DNA of 64,000 bases from Acidimicrobiia bacterium (GCA_050741975.1 JBOGET010000120.1:17156-81155); one strand, 5' to 3'; positions 50,179 to 60,296 are shown, counted from the stretch's first letter. Numbers and translations are program-made. The notes: a model not told the origin generated them from the sequence alone.

Positions 50179-51584
50179 TCCATGACATCCTCCTCTGGGC
50201 CGGCTACGCGACGCTGATCTACTTCATTCTCATGCAGGCCTACATGATCGGTCTCGGGCTGCGATCGGCGACGGTCATGCGACGTCACCACCATCTCGAT
50301 CGGTTCGGCCGGGTCTCCGAGATGCTCTCCAGCCAGACCTCGCCACCGGTCTCGATCGTCATCCCTGCCTACAACGAAGCGGCGGGGATCGTCGACTCGG
50401 TCCGGTCGATGTCGATTGTCGGCTATCCCAGGTTCGAGATCGTGATCGTCAACGACGGGTCGAGCGACGAGACCCTGAAGGCACTCATCGAGGCGTTCAA
50501 CCTGGAGCGGGTCCGCATCCCCTATCGGCCTGACATCCCCACGGCATCGATCAAGGGCATCTACCGGGGGCACGGGACAGTGGACTTGACCGTGATCGAC
50601 AAGGAGAACGGGGGGCGGGCCGATGCTCTCAATGCCGGGATCAACGCTGCCCGTTACCCCTATGCCCTGTGCACCGACGCCGACGTCATCCTCGACGCCA
50701 ACTGCTTGGTGGGGGCGATGCGCCGTGTCGTCGAGGACCGCCAGCGGACCGTTGCGGTCGGGGGCAACATCCGACCGCTGAATGGGAGCCAGGTCCGACT
50801 CGGCCATCTGATCAGGGCCGAGGTGCCGAAGAAGTTCGTTCCTCGCATGCAGGTGCTGGAGTATCTCCGCACTTTCCTGGCCAGCCGCCCCGCCTGGTCC
50901 CAGATGGAGGCGCTCCCTCTGGTGTCGGGCGCCTTCGGGGTCTGGAGGCGTTCGGCGGTCATAGCCGTCGGCGGCTTCAGCAGCGGGCACATGGGCGAAG
51001 ACATGGACCTGACCATGCGTCTCCACCGATATCACATGGACCACGGCATCCCTTATCGGATCGTCTACGAGCCTTCTGCGGTGATCTGGACCGAGGTCCC
51101 GGAGACACTCCGTGTCCTCAAACGCCAGCGTATTCGCTGGCATCGGGGCTTGATGACCGCGGTGAAGGACTTCATGCCCATGACCTTCAACCCCAGGTAC
51201 GGGAAGGTGGGGATGGTCACCTGGGCGGCAATGTTCCTCTTCGAGTACCTGGCGCCGATCATCGAGTTCGTCGGCTGGATCACCATCCCGACGGCCCTGC
51301 TGCTCGGGGCTCTGAACACGACGTCGTTGCTCATGCTCCTCGCCCTCGCCCTTGGGGTGGGGCTGCTCAACTCGTTGGTGGCCCTCCTGCTCGACGAGTC
51401 GTACGGCTATTTCAACTCCAAGGCCGACACCGCCCGGCTCATCGTCATGGTCCTCATCGAGAATTTCGGCATGCGCCAGCTCACCGTCGCCTGGCGCATC
51501 CGCGCCATCATCGGAGGCAAGGCGACCCGGGCCTGGGGCAACATGGAGCGCAAGGGCGTCGCCAACCTCGGTGTGGGCGCCTGA
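50175..51584 (+). CDS. Processive family-2 glycosyltransferase (PgaC/IcaA/cellulose-synthase-like)
   Basis: DGSSDET, DAD, and the processive-GT2 motif RQRIRWHRG (Q/RxxRW). N- and C-terminal TM helices. A 4-nt overlap with the HEAT gene. Confidence 0.8.
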   Translation: MIHDILLWAGYATLIYFILMQAYMIGLGLRSATVMRRHHHLDRFGRVSEMLSSQTSPPVSIVIPAYNEAAGIVDSVRSMSIVGYPRFEIVIVNDGSSDETLKALIEAFNLERVRIPYRPDIPTASIKGIYRGHGTVDLTVIDKENGGRADALNAGINAARYPYALCTDADVILDANCLVGAMRRVVEDRQRTVAVGGNIRPLNGSQVRLGHLIRAEVPKKFVPRMQVLEYLRTFLASRPAWSQMEALPLVSGAFGVWRRSAVIAVGGFSSGHMGEDMDLTMRLHRYHMDHGIPYRIVYEPSAVIWTEVPETLRVLKRQRIRWHRGLMTAVKDFMPMTFNPRYGKVGMVTWAAMFLFEYLAPIIEFVGWITIPTALLLGALNTTSLLMLLALALGVGLLNSLVALLLDESYGYFNSKADTARLIVMVLIENFGMRQLTVAWRIRAIIGGKATRAWGNMERKGVANLGVGA

Positions 51585-51600
51585 GGGGGCCCGCGACATC

Positions 51601-51720
51601 GAACCTCAGCTTCCACGGCCCAAATATGGGCCGAATCGTCTCAGATTCAGCTCGAGCGGTTCACGCTCCCGAAGCTGAGACAGTTTGACCCAAATACGGG
51701 CCGAGGAAGCTGAGGTTCAG
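51601..51720. repeat. MITE/REP-like inverted-repeat element, copy B
   Basis: Perfect 12-bp terminal inverted repeats GAACCTCAGCTT ... AAGCTGAGGTTC, with internal imperfect ~45-bp arms. Similar to 17941..18066. Lies between convergent GT2 and prfA. Confidence 0.4.
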
Positions 51721-51759
51721 GTACCGGTCAGGTACCGGTCGGATACCGGTCGACCGGTG
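51719..51759. repeat. Tandem 11-bp repeat (GGTACCGGTCA x3, degenerate) adjacent to MITE copy B
   Basis: aGGTACCGGTCaGGTACCGGTCgGATACCGGTCgACCGGTG seen directly. Each unit contains a palindromic ACCGGT. Confidence 0.5.
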
Positions 51760-51780
51760 CCTGGACCTCGGGTGGCGGGG

Positions 51781-52839
51781 TCAGACCCCTTCTGCCAGTC
51801 GGGAGGCCTGCTCGTCGGCGGTGAGCGCGGTGACGATCTCGTCGAGATCGCCTTCGAGGACCTGGTCGAGACGCTTCAGGGTGAGACCGATGCGATGGTC
51901 GGTCACACGGTTCTCCTTGAAGTTGTAGGTGCGGATCTTCTCGGACCGCCCACCCGATCCCACCTGGGAGCGCCGGGCGCCGGCCAGCTCGGCCTGCTGA
52001 CGCTCCATCTCCATCTGGTGAAGTCTTGCCCGCAGGATGCGCATTGCCTTCTCCTTGTTCTGGAGCTGGCTCTTCTCGTCCTGGCAGGTGACGACGAGAC
52101 CACTGGGGAGATGGGTCAGTCGGACCGCCGAGTCGGTTGTGTTGACCGACTGGCCGCCGGGTCCGGTCGAGCGATAGACGTCGATCTTGACGTCATTGGG
52201 ATCGATCTGGACCTCGACCTCCTCGACCTCGGGGAGGACGGCGACGGTGGCCGTGGAGGTGTGTATCCGGCCCTGGGACTCCGTCTTTGGCACCCGCTGC
52301 ACCCGGTGGACGCCCGCCTCGTACTTCATCTTGGAGTAGGCGCCCCGTCCCTTGATGGCAAAGGTGACCTTGTCGTGGCCGCCGGCCTCTGAGGGTGAGC
52401 TGTCCAAAGGCTCCACCTTGAACCCGCTCCGGTCGGCATAGCGCTCGTACATCCGGAGCAGGTCTCCGGCCCAGATGGCAGCCTCGTCACCGCCGGCGGC
52501 GGAACGGATCTCGACGATCACGTCCTTGGCGTCGGACGGGTCGGTCGGGACCAGGGCCAGCCTGACCCGACTCTCGAGCTCCTCTATCTCGGCCAACAGC
52601 TCCCGGGCGAGACCCGCCATGTCCGGGTCGTCGGCCATGTCCCGGGCGACGTCGAGATCGTCCTGGGCCTTACGGAGACGTCGGACGTCGGCTACGACGT
52701 CGCGGAGATCGGCGTGACGCTTGCCCAACTCGGCGAGAAGGGACGGGTCGGCAAGGGTCTCGGGGTCGGCCAGCGCCGCCTCGGTATCCTCGAACACGGC
52801 CTCGATCTCGGCGAGCTTCGCCGAGAGTGTCTCGTCCAT
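51781..52839 (-). CDS. prfA: Peptide chain release factor 1
   Basis: GGQ motif (RSTGPGGQSVNTT), PxT-type domain. The track ORF is extended to 53364. Confidence 0.9.
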   Translation of the reverse strand: MDETLSAKLAEIEAVFEDTEAALADPETLADPSLLAELGKRHADLRDVVADVRRLRKAQDDLDVARDMADDPDMAGLARELLAEIEELESRVRLALVPTDPSDAKDVIVEIRSAAGGDEAAIWAGDLLRMYERYADRSGFKVEPLDSSPSEAGGHDKVTFAIKGRGAYSKMKYEAGVHRVQRVPKTESQGRIHTSTATVAVLPEVEEVEVQIDPNDVKIDVYRSTGPGGQSVNTTDSAVRLTHLPSGLVVTCQDEKSQLQNKEKAMRILRARLHQMEMERQQAELAGARRSQVGSGGRSEKIRTYNFKENRVTDHRIGLTLKRLDQVLEGDLDEIVTALTADEQASRLAEGV

Positions 52840-53795
52840 CACTCCTCCCGGGCGGGAGGTGTCACTCCCAGGACGGTATCGCGCACTGCCAGCGCCGACG
52901 CGGGCAGGCCCCCTCGCCCGATCACATCGTCCACCATCTCTTCGTCGAGAGCCACGACAAGACTCGAGATCGCCACCTCGATCTGCGACTCGTCGGGCAC
53001 CCGTGTCGTCAACTTCTGCAGCCAGATCCCGGGTGCGGCCAGCACACGCGCCAGCCACCCTGTGCCCCGTGTGCCCGACCATCTCAAGAGCTCGTAGGCG
53101 AATCCGGCGATGATCGGTATGCCGAGGAGACGAGAGACGACGAGGAAGGCCCAGCCGGGCCGCCCGAAGAAAGAGAACAAGATGATCGAGCCGAGGACCA
53201 CGATCAACAGGAAGCTGGTGCCGCAACGGGGGTGCTCGGGCGGGTAACGACGGACCGACTCGATGCTGAGCGGCTCCCCCGCCTCGTAGGCATGAATCGA
53301 CATGTGCTCGGCGCCGTGATACTCGAACACCCTCGCGATCTCGGAGGAGCGTCCGATCGCCCATATGTACCCGATGAAAAGGACGAGGCGGGTGATCCCC
53401 TCGATCACATTGAAGGCAATCCCCGACTCACCGGACAACAGACCGGCGGCCAGCGCCGGGAGCAGGATGAAGATCCCGGCGAACACGACGAAGGCGAGAC
53501 CCATGGTCCACCCGATCTGGGCCTTGCTCAATGGCTCTTCCTCCTCACCGGTGGCCATCTCGGCCGACCAGGAGAGGGCGCGGAACCCGAGACTCAGTGA
53601 CTCCCAGAGCACGACGACGCCACGAACTAAGGGGATGCGGGCGGCTCGGTTCCGGTCGGCGAGACGGCCCAGGATGTCGCGTCGGGCCACGATCGTCTGG
53701 TCGGGGCGACGGACCGCCACCGCCCAGGCCCCAGGGGCGCGCATCATCACACCCTCCATGACCGCCTGGCCCCCGACCGTCTTGGCCGGGTCGAC
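52839..53795 (-). CDS. DUF1385 family membrane protein (YqhQ-like)
   Basis: GGQAVMEGVMMR... is DUF1385. Classic rpmE-DUF1385-prfA arrangement. Start uncertain: GTG at about 53795, or Met at about 53861 overlapping rpmE. Confidence 0.65.
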   Translation of the reverse strand, partial: VDPAKTVGGQAVMEGVMMRAPGAWAVAVRRPDQTIVARRDILGRLADRNRAARIPLVRGVVVLWESLSLGFRALSWSAEMATGEEEEPLSKAQIGWTMGLAFVVFAGIFILLPALAAGLLSGESGIAFNVIEGITRLVLFIGYIWAIGRSSEIARVFEYHGAEHMSIHAYEAGEPLSIESVRRYPPEHPRCGTSFLLIVVLGSIILFSFFGRPGWAFLVVSRLLGIPIIAGFAYELLRWSGTRGTGWLARVLAAPGIWLQKLTTRVPDESQIEVAISSLVVALDEEMVDDVIGRGGLPASALAVRDTVLGVTPPAREE

Positions 53796-53823
53796 CGGAC
53801 CGCTCAGCCGGTGAGCGCCTGAC

Positions 53824-54093
53824 TCATTCCGCGTCAGCGGTTTCCGCCTCCGCGCTCGCATCGGCCGGGTCGCCGGCCTTGGTGAAGACGGTCTTCCCGT
53901 AGCGCTTCTGGAAACGCTCGACCCGCCCCCCGCTGTCCACCAGCTTCTGCTTGCCGGTGAAGAATGGATGGCACTCGTTGCACAACTCGATGTGCATCTC
54001 GCCGGGCTTGGTGCTCCTCGTGGTGAAGACGTTGCCACACGAGCACGTGACGTGCGTCTCGGCGTATGCAGGATGAATGTCGGTCTTCACCAT
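53824..54093 (-). CDS. rpmE: 50S ribosomal protein L31 (Zn-ribbon type)
   Basis: CSCGNVF...[13 protein letters not shown] with an acidic C-terminal tail. Confidence 0.85.
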   Translation of the reverse strand: MVKTDIHPAYAETHVTCSCGNVFTTRSTKPGEMHIELCNECHPFFTGKQKLVDSGGRVERFQKRYGKTVFTKAGDPADASAEAETADAE

Positions 54094-54103
54094 GACTCCT
54101 ATC

Positions 54104-55585
54104 TCAGTTGCCGCTCTTCGCCACCTCGGCGAGGAACTCGGCGTTGGACTTGGTGGTCTTCAAACGGTCGATGAGCAGTTCCAGGGCGGCACCCGGATCC
54201 AACGCCAGCAGCACCCTGCGCAGCTTCCAGACCTGCGTGAGCTCTTTCTGGTCGAACAAGAGCTCTTCCTTTCTTGTTCCCGAGGCCTCGATGTCGATCG
54301 CCGGGTAGATCCGCTTGTCGGCCAGCTTGCGATCGAGGCGGAGCTCCATGTTCCCGGTGCCCTTGAACTCCTCGAAGATGACCTCGTCCATCTTGGACCC
54401 GGTCTCGACGAGGGCAGTCCCGAGGATGGTCAGCGAGCCGCCCTCCTCGATGTTTCGGGCGGCGCCGAAGAACCGCTTCGGCGGGTACAGGGCCTGAGAG
54501 TCCACACCTCCGGAGAGGATTCGGCCCGACGCGGGCGTGGCCAGGTTGTGAGCCCGGGCCAGACGGGTGATCGAGTCGAGGAGGATGACCACATCGGTGC
54601 CCATCTCCACCAGGCGCTTGGCCCGCTCCAGCGCCAGCTCCGAGACCTGGGTGTGCTCCTCGGCGGGACGGTCGAAGGTGGAGTAGATGACCTCGCCCTT
54701 GACCGAGCGCTGCATGTCGGTGACCTCTTCCGGTCGCTCGTCGACCAGGACCACCATCAGATAGCACTCCGGGTTGTTGGTCGTGATCGCCTGGGCGATC
54801 TCCTGGAGCACGGTCGTCTTGCCCGCCTTGGGCGGGGAGACGATGAGGCCACGCTGTCCCTTCCCGATGGGAGCGATTAGGTCGACGATCCGGGTGAGGA
54901 TGCCGTTGGCCTTCCCGTCCACCTCGAGACGGAGCCTCTCATCGGGGAACAACGGGGTGAGGGACTCGAACTTGGGCCGTCTCATCGCCTCTTCGGATGA
55001 CATCCCGTTGACCTTGTCGATGCGGACGACGGCGGGGAACTTCTCCTTGGAGCGAGGGGGGCGGATCGGCCCGGAGACGATGTCGCCCTTCCTGAGACGG
55101 AACTTGCGCACCTGGTTGGCCGAGACGTAGACGTCTTTGTCGCCGGGCAGATACCCGGTGACTCTCAAGAAGCCATAGCCCTCGGGCAGGATGTCGAGCA
55201 GGCCTTCGCGGATCTCCAAGTCCTCCTCGGGGATGAACTCGTCGTCGCGACCCCCGCCCCGACGGCGGCGGTTGCGATTCCGATTGCCGCCCTGACGGTG
55301 ATCCTCGTAGTCGACACGTCCCCCCGGACGCTGCTCGAGGCGCGTGTCATCGGAGTCGTCTGACTCGGGCTCGCCTTCGCCGTCCTGTGCCACTCTCTCG
55401 ATTCGAGGTGTTGCCTGGGGCAGCTCGACGTCCTCGGTCGGGGACGCCGCTGCAACCTGACCGGCGTCCACGAGGGCGGTGATCAGCTTTGATTTCTGGA
55501 GACCGTCGGTCTCGATCCCTACGGCATCGGCGATCTGTCTCAGTTCGTCGATGGACTTGCTCTGGAGTTGAGCTCGTGTGGTCAT
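54104..55585 (-). CDS. rho: Transcription termination factor Rho (with Arg/Gly-rich N-terminal insertion)
   Basis: [16 protein letters not shown] Walker A, RecA-like core, [18 protein letters not shown] insertion. Confidence 0.95.
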   Translation of the reverse strand: MTTRAQLQSKSIDELRQIADAVGIETDGLQKSKLITALVDAGQVAAASPTEDVELPQATPRIERVAQDGEGEPESDDSDDTRLEQRPGGRVDYEDHRQGGNRNRNRRRRGGGRDDEFIPEEDLEIREGLLDILPEGYGFLRVTGYLPGDKDVYVSANQVRKFRLRKGDIVSGPIRPPRSKEKFPAVVRIDKVNGMSSEEAMRRPKFESLTPLFPDERLRLEVDGKANGILTRIVDLIAPIGKGQRGLIVSPPKAGKTTVLQEIAQAITTNNPECYLMVVLVDERPEEVTDMQRSVKGEVIYSTFDRPAEEHTQVSELALERAKRLVEMGTDVVILLDSITRLARAHNLATPASGRILSGGVDSQALYPPKRFFGAARNIEEGGSLTILGTALVETGSKMDEVIFEEFKGTGNMELRLDRKLADKRIYPAIDIEASGTRKEELLFDQKELTQVWKLRRVLLALDPGAALELLIDRLKTTKSNAEFLAEVAKSGN

Positions 55586-55764
55586 TGGATCCTTCGCGAT
55601 TCTTCGCTGGCAGGCTCAATTGGACCGGGATACGCACCATTGCCATGCAACGGGGCATGCCTCTGATGAGGACTGTGGGTGGATCGCCGCGGCGTCCCTT
55701 GGCGTCGTCGGCACCCCGTATGGTAGCTGGTCGCCGCGTTTGCGCAAAGCAGCTACGAGGTTGG

Positions 55765-56979
55765 TTATCGGAGCAGACGATCCAGGTCTGAAGGATCGGC
55801 GTCGATGAGCACGGAGCGCTCGGGTCTCCGGAGGAGGTCCTCGAACCCCGTCGGCAGCTCGGGCCGGCGGCCGACCGACTGCTCGACGGCATCGGGGAAC
55901 TTGGCCGGATGAGCGGTGCCCACCACCACCTGGGGCCTCTCACCCAGGACCGAGCTGCCCACGAACCATGCCGTGGCGGTGTGCGGGTCGAGCAGATAAC
56001 CATGACGTCGGTCGACATCGGCCATCGTCTCCCTGATCTGTTGGTCCTCCGCATACCCGGCGTTGAATGCCCGGGTCGGGTCGCCGGTGAATCGCTCCAG
56101 GTTCGAGGGGACCTTCACGTCCATCGCCGGGGCCAGGGTCGGGACCACCTCCATGGTGGCCATCGAGCCCGTGTTGACCAGGGTGGCGACACCCCGGTTG
56201 GCATTGTTGGCGATGGTGATCTGTTCGATGGGGGCTCCCATCTGCTTGGCGACCCAGCAGGAGAGGACGTTGCCGAAATTGCCCGTGGGGACAATGACGT
56301 CGAAGGACTGTGCCATCCGGCCCGCCAGATACACGTAATAGCCGCTCTGGGCCGCCACCCGGGCCCAGTTGATCGAGTTGAGGGCGAGAAGGCCTTCGTG
56401 GCGTCGGAAGGCATCCTTGACCATCGCCTGGCAATCGTCGAAGGTGCCTCTTACCGCCACCGCCACGACGTTCTCGTCCTCGACCGTGGTCATCTGGCGG
56501 CGTTGGAAGTGGGTCACCATCCCGTGGGGAAAGAGGACCACGATCCTCAGGTGGGGACGGCCCCGGCACGCCTCGATCGCCGCCGAGCCGGTATCGCCCG
56601 AGGTGGCTACGAGGACTGTGGCCGGAGCGGTGACCTCGCGGTCGAGCAGTCCTCCCAGCACCTGGAGGGCGTGGTCCTTGAAGGAGAGGGTCGGGCCCCA
56701 GAACAGCTCGAACACGGATCGATCACCGACCTCGACCAGGGGCGCCACCTCGGGAGGAGCGAATCGGGACGCCGCTTGCAGCACCAATGGCCCGACCTGC
56801 TCGGCGCCGAAGAGGGTCAGCGTGGCGGTCACGGCCTGCTGATAGGACCATTCCCGCCATCCCTCGGGCAGGAGCGGGATCCGATCGGGCACGTACAGCC
56901 CGCCATCGGCGGCCAGACCGGCGAGCAAGGTACCCCGAAACCCCAGCTCGGGAGCGTTACCCCTGGTCGAGACGTACAT
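55765..56979 (-). CDS. thrC: Threonine synthase
   Basis: LSFKDHALQVLG is the PLP Lys motif. Start at MYVSTRG; the track ORF is extended to 57312 across the tRNA. Confidence 0.9.
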   Translation of the reverse strand: MYVSTRGNAPELGFRGTLLAGLAADGGLYVPDRIPLLPEGWREWSYQQAVTATLTLFGAEQVGPLVLQAASRFAPPEVAPLVEVGDRSVFELFWGPTLSFKDHALQVLGGLLDREVTAPATVLVATSGDTGSAAIEACRGRPHLRIVVLFPHGMVTHFQRRQMTTVEDENVVAVAVRGTFDDCQAMVKDAFRRHEGLLALNSINWARVAAQSGYYVYLAGRMAQSFDVIVPTGNFGNVLSCWVAKQMGAPIEQITIANNANRGVATLVNTGSMATMEVVPTLAPAMDVKVPSNLERFTGDPTRAFNAGYAEDQQIRETMADVDRRHGYLLDPHTATAWFVGSSVLGERPQVVVGTAHPAKFPDAVEQSVGRRPELPTGFEDLLRRPERSVLIDADPSDLDRLLR

Positions 56980-57029
56980 CACAGGCCGGAGGGTAGGGGT
57001 TGCGGCGTCGGTACAATCCGCGCCATCGA

Positions 57030-57101
<72 letters not shown>

Positions 57102-57284
57102 CCGCTCTCATTGCCGGCCGACTTCGCCCGAGGCCCACCCTCAGCCATCGACATGGAACGGCCCCGCGTCCACACAGCCTCGGGCGAACAGACGCCGGTC
57201 GGCCGGAGCTACCGCCGCGCCACCATGCTGAACCGCCACCCACCACCCACCACCAATTAACCGTTACCCGGTACCATTCAGCCC

Positions 57285-58082
57285 ATGCCAAGAGCCATAT
57301 GGAAGGGTGCAATCAACTTCGGGCTGGTGACCATCCCGGTTGGTCTCTACACCGCTACCGACAACAAGACGCCCAAGTTCAAGCAGCTCCGCAAGACCGA
57401 TCACTCCCCCATCCGCTACAAGCGGGTCGCCGAGGCCGACGGCAAGGAAGTGGAGTGGGACGACATCGTCAAGGGCTACGAGTTCGAGAAGGATCGCTAC
57501 GTCGTCTTCACCGACGAGGAGCTCGACTCGGCCCATCAGGACGGCAACAAACTGGTCGACGTGGTCCAGTTCGTGGACGAGTCGGAGATCGACCCGATGT
57601 ACTACAAGTCGTCCTACTACCTGGCCCCGGAGAAGACTGGCATCAAGGCCTATAAGATCTTGGAGGAGGCGCTGGAGGACAAGGGACGCGTGGCCATCGC
57701 CAAGGTCTCGATCCGGGAGAAGCAGCAGCTCGCCACACTTCGGGCCAGAGACGGTGTGATCGTCATGGAGACCATGTATTGGCCCGACGAGCTGCGCGAC
57801 GCCGAGTTCGAAGAGTTGGATTCGGAGGTCGAGATCCGACCCGAAGAGGTGAAGATGGCTGCCTCGCTCATCGCCAACCTGACCCGCCCCTTCGACGCCG
57901 CCGAGTACGTCGACCGCACCCGGGAGGCGATCGAGGAGCTGGCTGCCAAGAAGGTGGCGGGCGAGGAGATCGTCGCCACCGTCTCGCCGGAGCCAACCAA
58001 GGTCGTCGACCTGCTCGAGGCGCTCAAGGCGTCGGTGGAGGCAACCAAGTCGAAGGAGACCAAGACCGCAAAGGCCGGTTAG
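57285..58082 (+). CDS. ku: Ku DNA end-binding protein (NHEJ)
   Basis: MPRAIWKGAINFGLVTIPVGLY is a canonical bacterial Ku N-terminus. Confidence 0.9.
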   Translation: MPRAIWKGAINFGLVTIPVGLYTATDNKTPKFKQLRKTDHSPIRYKRVAEADGKEVEWDDIVKGYEFEKDRYVVFTDEELDSAHQDGNKLVDVVQFVDESEIDPMYYKSSYYLAPEKTGIKAYKILEEALEDKGRVAIAKVSIREKQQLATLRARDGVIVMETMYWPDELRDAEFEELDSEVEIRPEEVKMAASLIANLTRPFDAAEYVDRTREAIEELAAKKVAGEEIVATVSPEPTKVVDLLEALKASVEATKSKETKTAKAG

Positions 58083-59023
58083 ACAGGCCCCTCCTCGGCC
58101 CAAGTCACCGTCTCCGGGTCTGCCATCTCTATCCCCTTGTACACCGGTGCCCTGAGGTGCTGGTCGTGGGTCCATTCCTTGTACTCCACGTCGACCACGA
58201 TCCCTGGCTCCACCCAGACTGGTCTGGTCGGCTTGGGGAGGATCACCTGGTTGTGGAAGGGTGAAGTCGGACGTTCGATCTGGCGGAGATGGCCGGCAAA
58301 TGCCCGAAGGGAGGCCTCGTCGAAACCCGAACCGACGGCGGCGATCCAGCGCAGCCCCTTCTCGTCGTGGAGCCCCACCAGGATCGAACCGAACGTAGAG
58401 GCCCTTCCCCCCTCGCCGGGCAGGTAGCCGCCCACCACCGCCCGCAGACGCCGTCTCACCGAGACTTTCCGCCAATCGGGCGACCGCCTCCCGGGGAGAT
58501 AGGGGGAGCCGAGTCTCTTCCCGACTATGCCCTCCAGACCACGGGCCCGAGCCACATCGAACAGGTTGGTCCCGCGCTCCGGCGTCGGCTCGGGGACCAC
58601 GATCGGCGATGACAGGCTCAATGCGCCCAGTCGCTCGACCCGCTCTTCGTACGGTCGGGCAAGGAGGCTCTCCCCGTTGTAGAGAAGGTCGAAAGCGACG
58701 AAGTTGACCCCCACATCGGCACCTGTGCCCCGGCCACCGAATCCCGTGCGTCTCTGCAAGTTGGAGAAGGAGGGGCGGCCCTGATCATCGAAGGCCACCA
58801 CCTCCCCATCGATTGCCACCCCATCGGGTATGGGAAGGGCGGACAGCTCGGGGAACGATCCGGTCAGATCCAGCCCACGTCTGGAGCGAGCCCGTATCCG
58901 CCCTCCCTCGGAGGCGACGACCGCCCGGTACCCGTCCCATTTGACCTCGAACCACCAGCCGGGATCGTCGAAGGCAGCCGTCCAGCGTGCGGCCAGCATC
59001 GGCTCGTAGTCGGGCACGCTCAA
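58079..59023 (-). CDS. ATP-dependent DNA ligase (LigD ligase-domain-only / LigC-like)
   Basis: Adenylation motif I EVKWDGYR. 314 aa with no polymerase or nuclease domains. Convergent with ku, with a 4-nt overlap. Confidence 0.85.
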   Translation of the reverse strand: MSVPDYEPMLAARWTAAFDDPGWWFEVKWDGYRAVVASEGGRIRARSRRGLDLTGSFPELSALPIPDGVAIDGEVVAFDDQGRPSFSNLQRRTGFGGRGTGADVGVNFVAFDLLYNGESLLARPYEERVERLGALSLSSPIVVPEPTPERGTNLFDVARARGLEGIVGKRLGSPYLPGRRSPDWRKVSVRRRLRAVVGGYLPGEGGRASTFGSILVGLHDEKGLRWIAAVGSGFDEASLRAFAGHLRQIERPTSPFHNQVILPKPTRPVWVEPGIVVDVEYKEWTHDQHLRAPVYKGIEMADPETVTWAEEGPV

Positions 59024-59484
59024 CCGGCGGAGAGCTCCTCGCGGACCAGACGATTGACCAGGCCCCCGTCGAGGTCCTTGCCGCGACTCTTCATCAATTG
59101 TCCGGTCACCCGGCCGGCAGCCTTCTCGTCACCGCCGACACCCAGCTCGACGATCGCCGCCCGGACCAAGGCGCGGGTGGCTTCCTCGTCCAGCTTCTGG
59201 GGCAGCCAACGGGACAGGTACTCCACCTCGAACCCGAGCTTGGCCGCCATGGCCTCGCCCCGAGCCCCGAGGTCGAGATACTCCTGACGCGACTTGTCCA
59301 TCTTCTTGACGTAGGAGGCGATGACCTGGCGGTACAAGTCGTCGTCGACCTCTCCGGCGAACCCGGGCTGGCTCCGGGCCAGGGAGACCTCGGTCTCGAT
59401 CTGCCGGATGACGTCGCGTCTGGGGCCATCTTTGGACCTCATCGCGTGCCTGAGCTCTACTACCAGCTCCTCCTTGATGCTCAT
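59020..59484 (-). CDS. GatB/YqeY-domain protein
   Basis: MSIKEELVVELRHAMRSKD... is the PF09424 pattern. The track ORF is extended upstream. Confidence 0.65.
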   Translation of the reverse strand: MSIKEELVVELRHAMRSKDGPRRDVIRQIETEVSLARSQPGFAGEVDDDLYRQVIASYVKKMDKSRQEYLDLGARGEAMAAKLGFEVEYLSRWLPQKLDEEATRALVRAAIVELGVGGDEKAAGRVTGQLMKSRGKDLDGGLVNRLVREELSAG

Positions 59485-60176
59485 CGGTCTCTCCCAAGGG
59501 CCGAGCTCACGACGCCCGGGTCGTCGGTAATGATGCCCCACACCCCGAGACCGGCCAACTCGCCGGCGCGCCCCGAGTCGTTCACCACCCAGGGAAACAC
59601 CTGCAGACCGGTCTCGAGTGAGCGCACCAGATCGGTTATGGACAGTTGAATCGAGGGAACCAAAGCGGGGTGGCCGACGTCAAAACACTCGTTGATGGCC
59701 TGGTCTATGTCGCCCGAGTCACCAACCAGCACGCCGGTCGTCACCTCGGGGAACACCCGACGAAGAGCGGCCAACGTGTCCCAATTGAACGAGGTGACCA
59801 TGTCCCCGGGCCGAGCCCGCGCCGCCGTCTCCAAGGCGAGTCGGTGATCGGGCTCGAAACCCGGCTCGTGTGGCTGGTTCTTGACCTCGAACTGAAACGA
59901 CGTGCCCGGGATGGCTGCTATCGCCTCGTCGAGAAGCGCCGGACGATGACCGTCACCCAGATCGAGCTCACCGAGGACGGACCATGGGTGGTCGGCGACA
60001 TCGAGCCCGCCGAGGACCGGGTCGTGGGACAGAACCAGCTTCCCGTCGGCACTGCGCCGGATGTCGGTCTCCACGGCATCGGCGACCGTGGCGGCGGCGA
60101 GGAAGCCGGCCAAGGTGTTGTCGGGGAAACGGGCGGGCCATCCCCTGTGACCGACCACGACGGGAGGGTCCTTCAC
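59481..60176 (-). CDS. Glycerophosphodiester phosphodiesterase
   Basis: VVGHRGWPARFPDNTLAGF...ETDIRRSADGKLVLSHD is the GDPD motif. Confidence 0.8.
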   Translation of the reverse strand: MKDPPVVVGHRGWPARFPDNTLAGFLAAATVADAVETDIRRSADGKLVLSHDPVLGGLDVADHPWSVLGELDLGDGHRPALLDEAIAAIPGTSFQFEVKNQPHEPGFEPDHRLALETAARARPGDMVTSFNWDTLAALRRVFPEVTTGVLVGDSGDIDQAINECFDVGHPALVPSIQLSITDLVRSLETGLQVFPWVVNDSGRAGELAGLGVWGIITDDPGVVSSALGRDR

Positions 60177-60241
60177 TTCGCTCCTAGAAAACCGTTTACA
60201 GGCTGGAATCCGGACTGTATCGTTCGGGCTGGAAATCCATC

Positions 60242-60267
60242 GTTCCCAGCATTTCCCTGCTGGGAAC
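60242..60267. promoter_or_regulatory. Inverted repeat GTTCCCAGCA-N6-TGCTGGGAAC upstream of whiB
   Basis: Perfect 10-bp arms in the divergent intergenic region. Confidence 0.3.
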
Positions 60268-60270
60268 GCT

Positions 60271-60286
60271 TGTGAAAAAGATCACA
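60271..60286. promoter_or_regulatory. Crp/GlxR-like site TGTGAAAAAGATCACA immediately upstream of whiB
   Basis: Perfect TGTGA-N6-TCACA 11 bp before the annotated whiB ATG. WhiB1 is a known CRP target in Mycobacterium tuberculosis. Confidence 0.4.
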
Positions 60287-60296
60287 AAGTTAGGAA

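Noticed and set aside
54104-55585. Arg/Gly-rich insertion ([18 protein letters not shown]) in Rho as a novel domain
   Set aside because: Actinobacterial Rho proteins characteristically carry such RG-rich N-terminal insertions; this is established knowledge, not novel.
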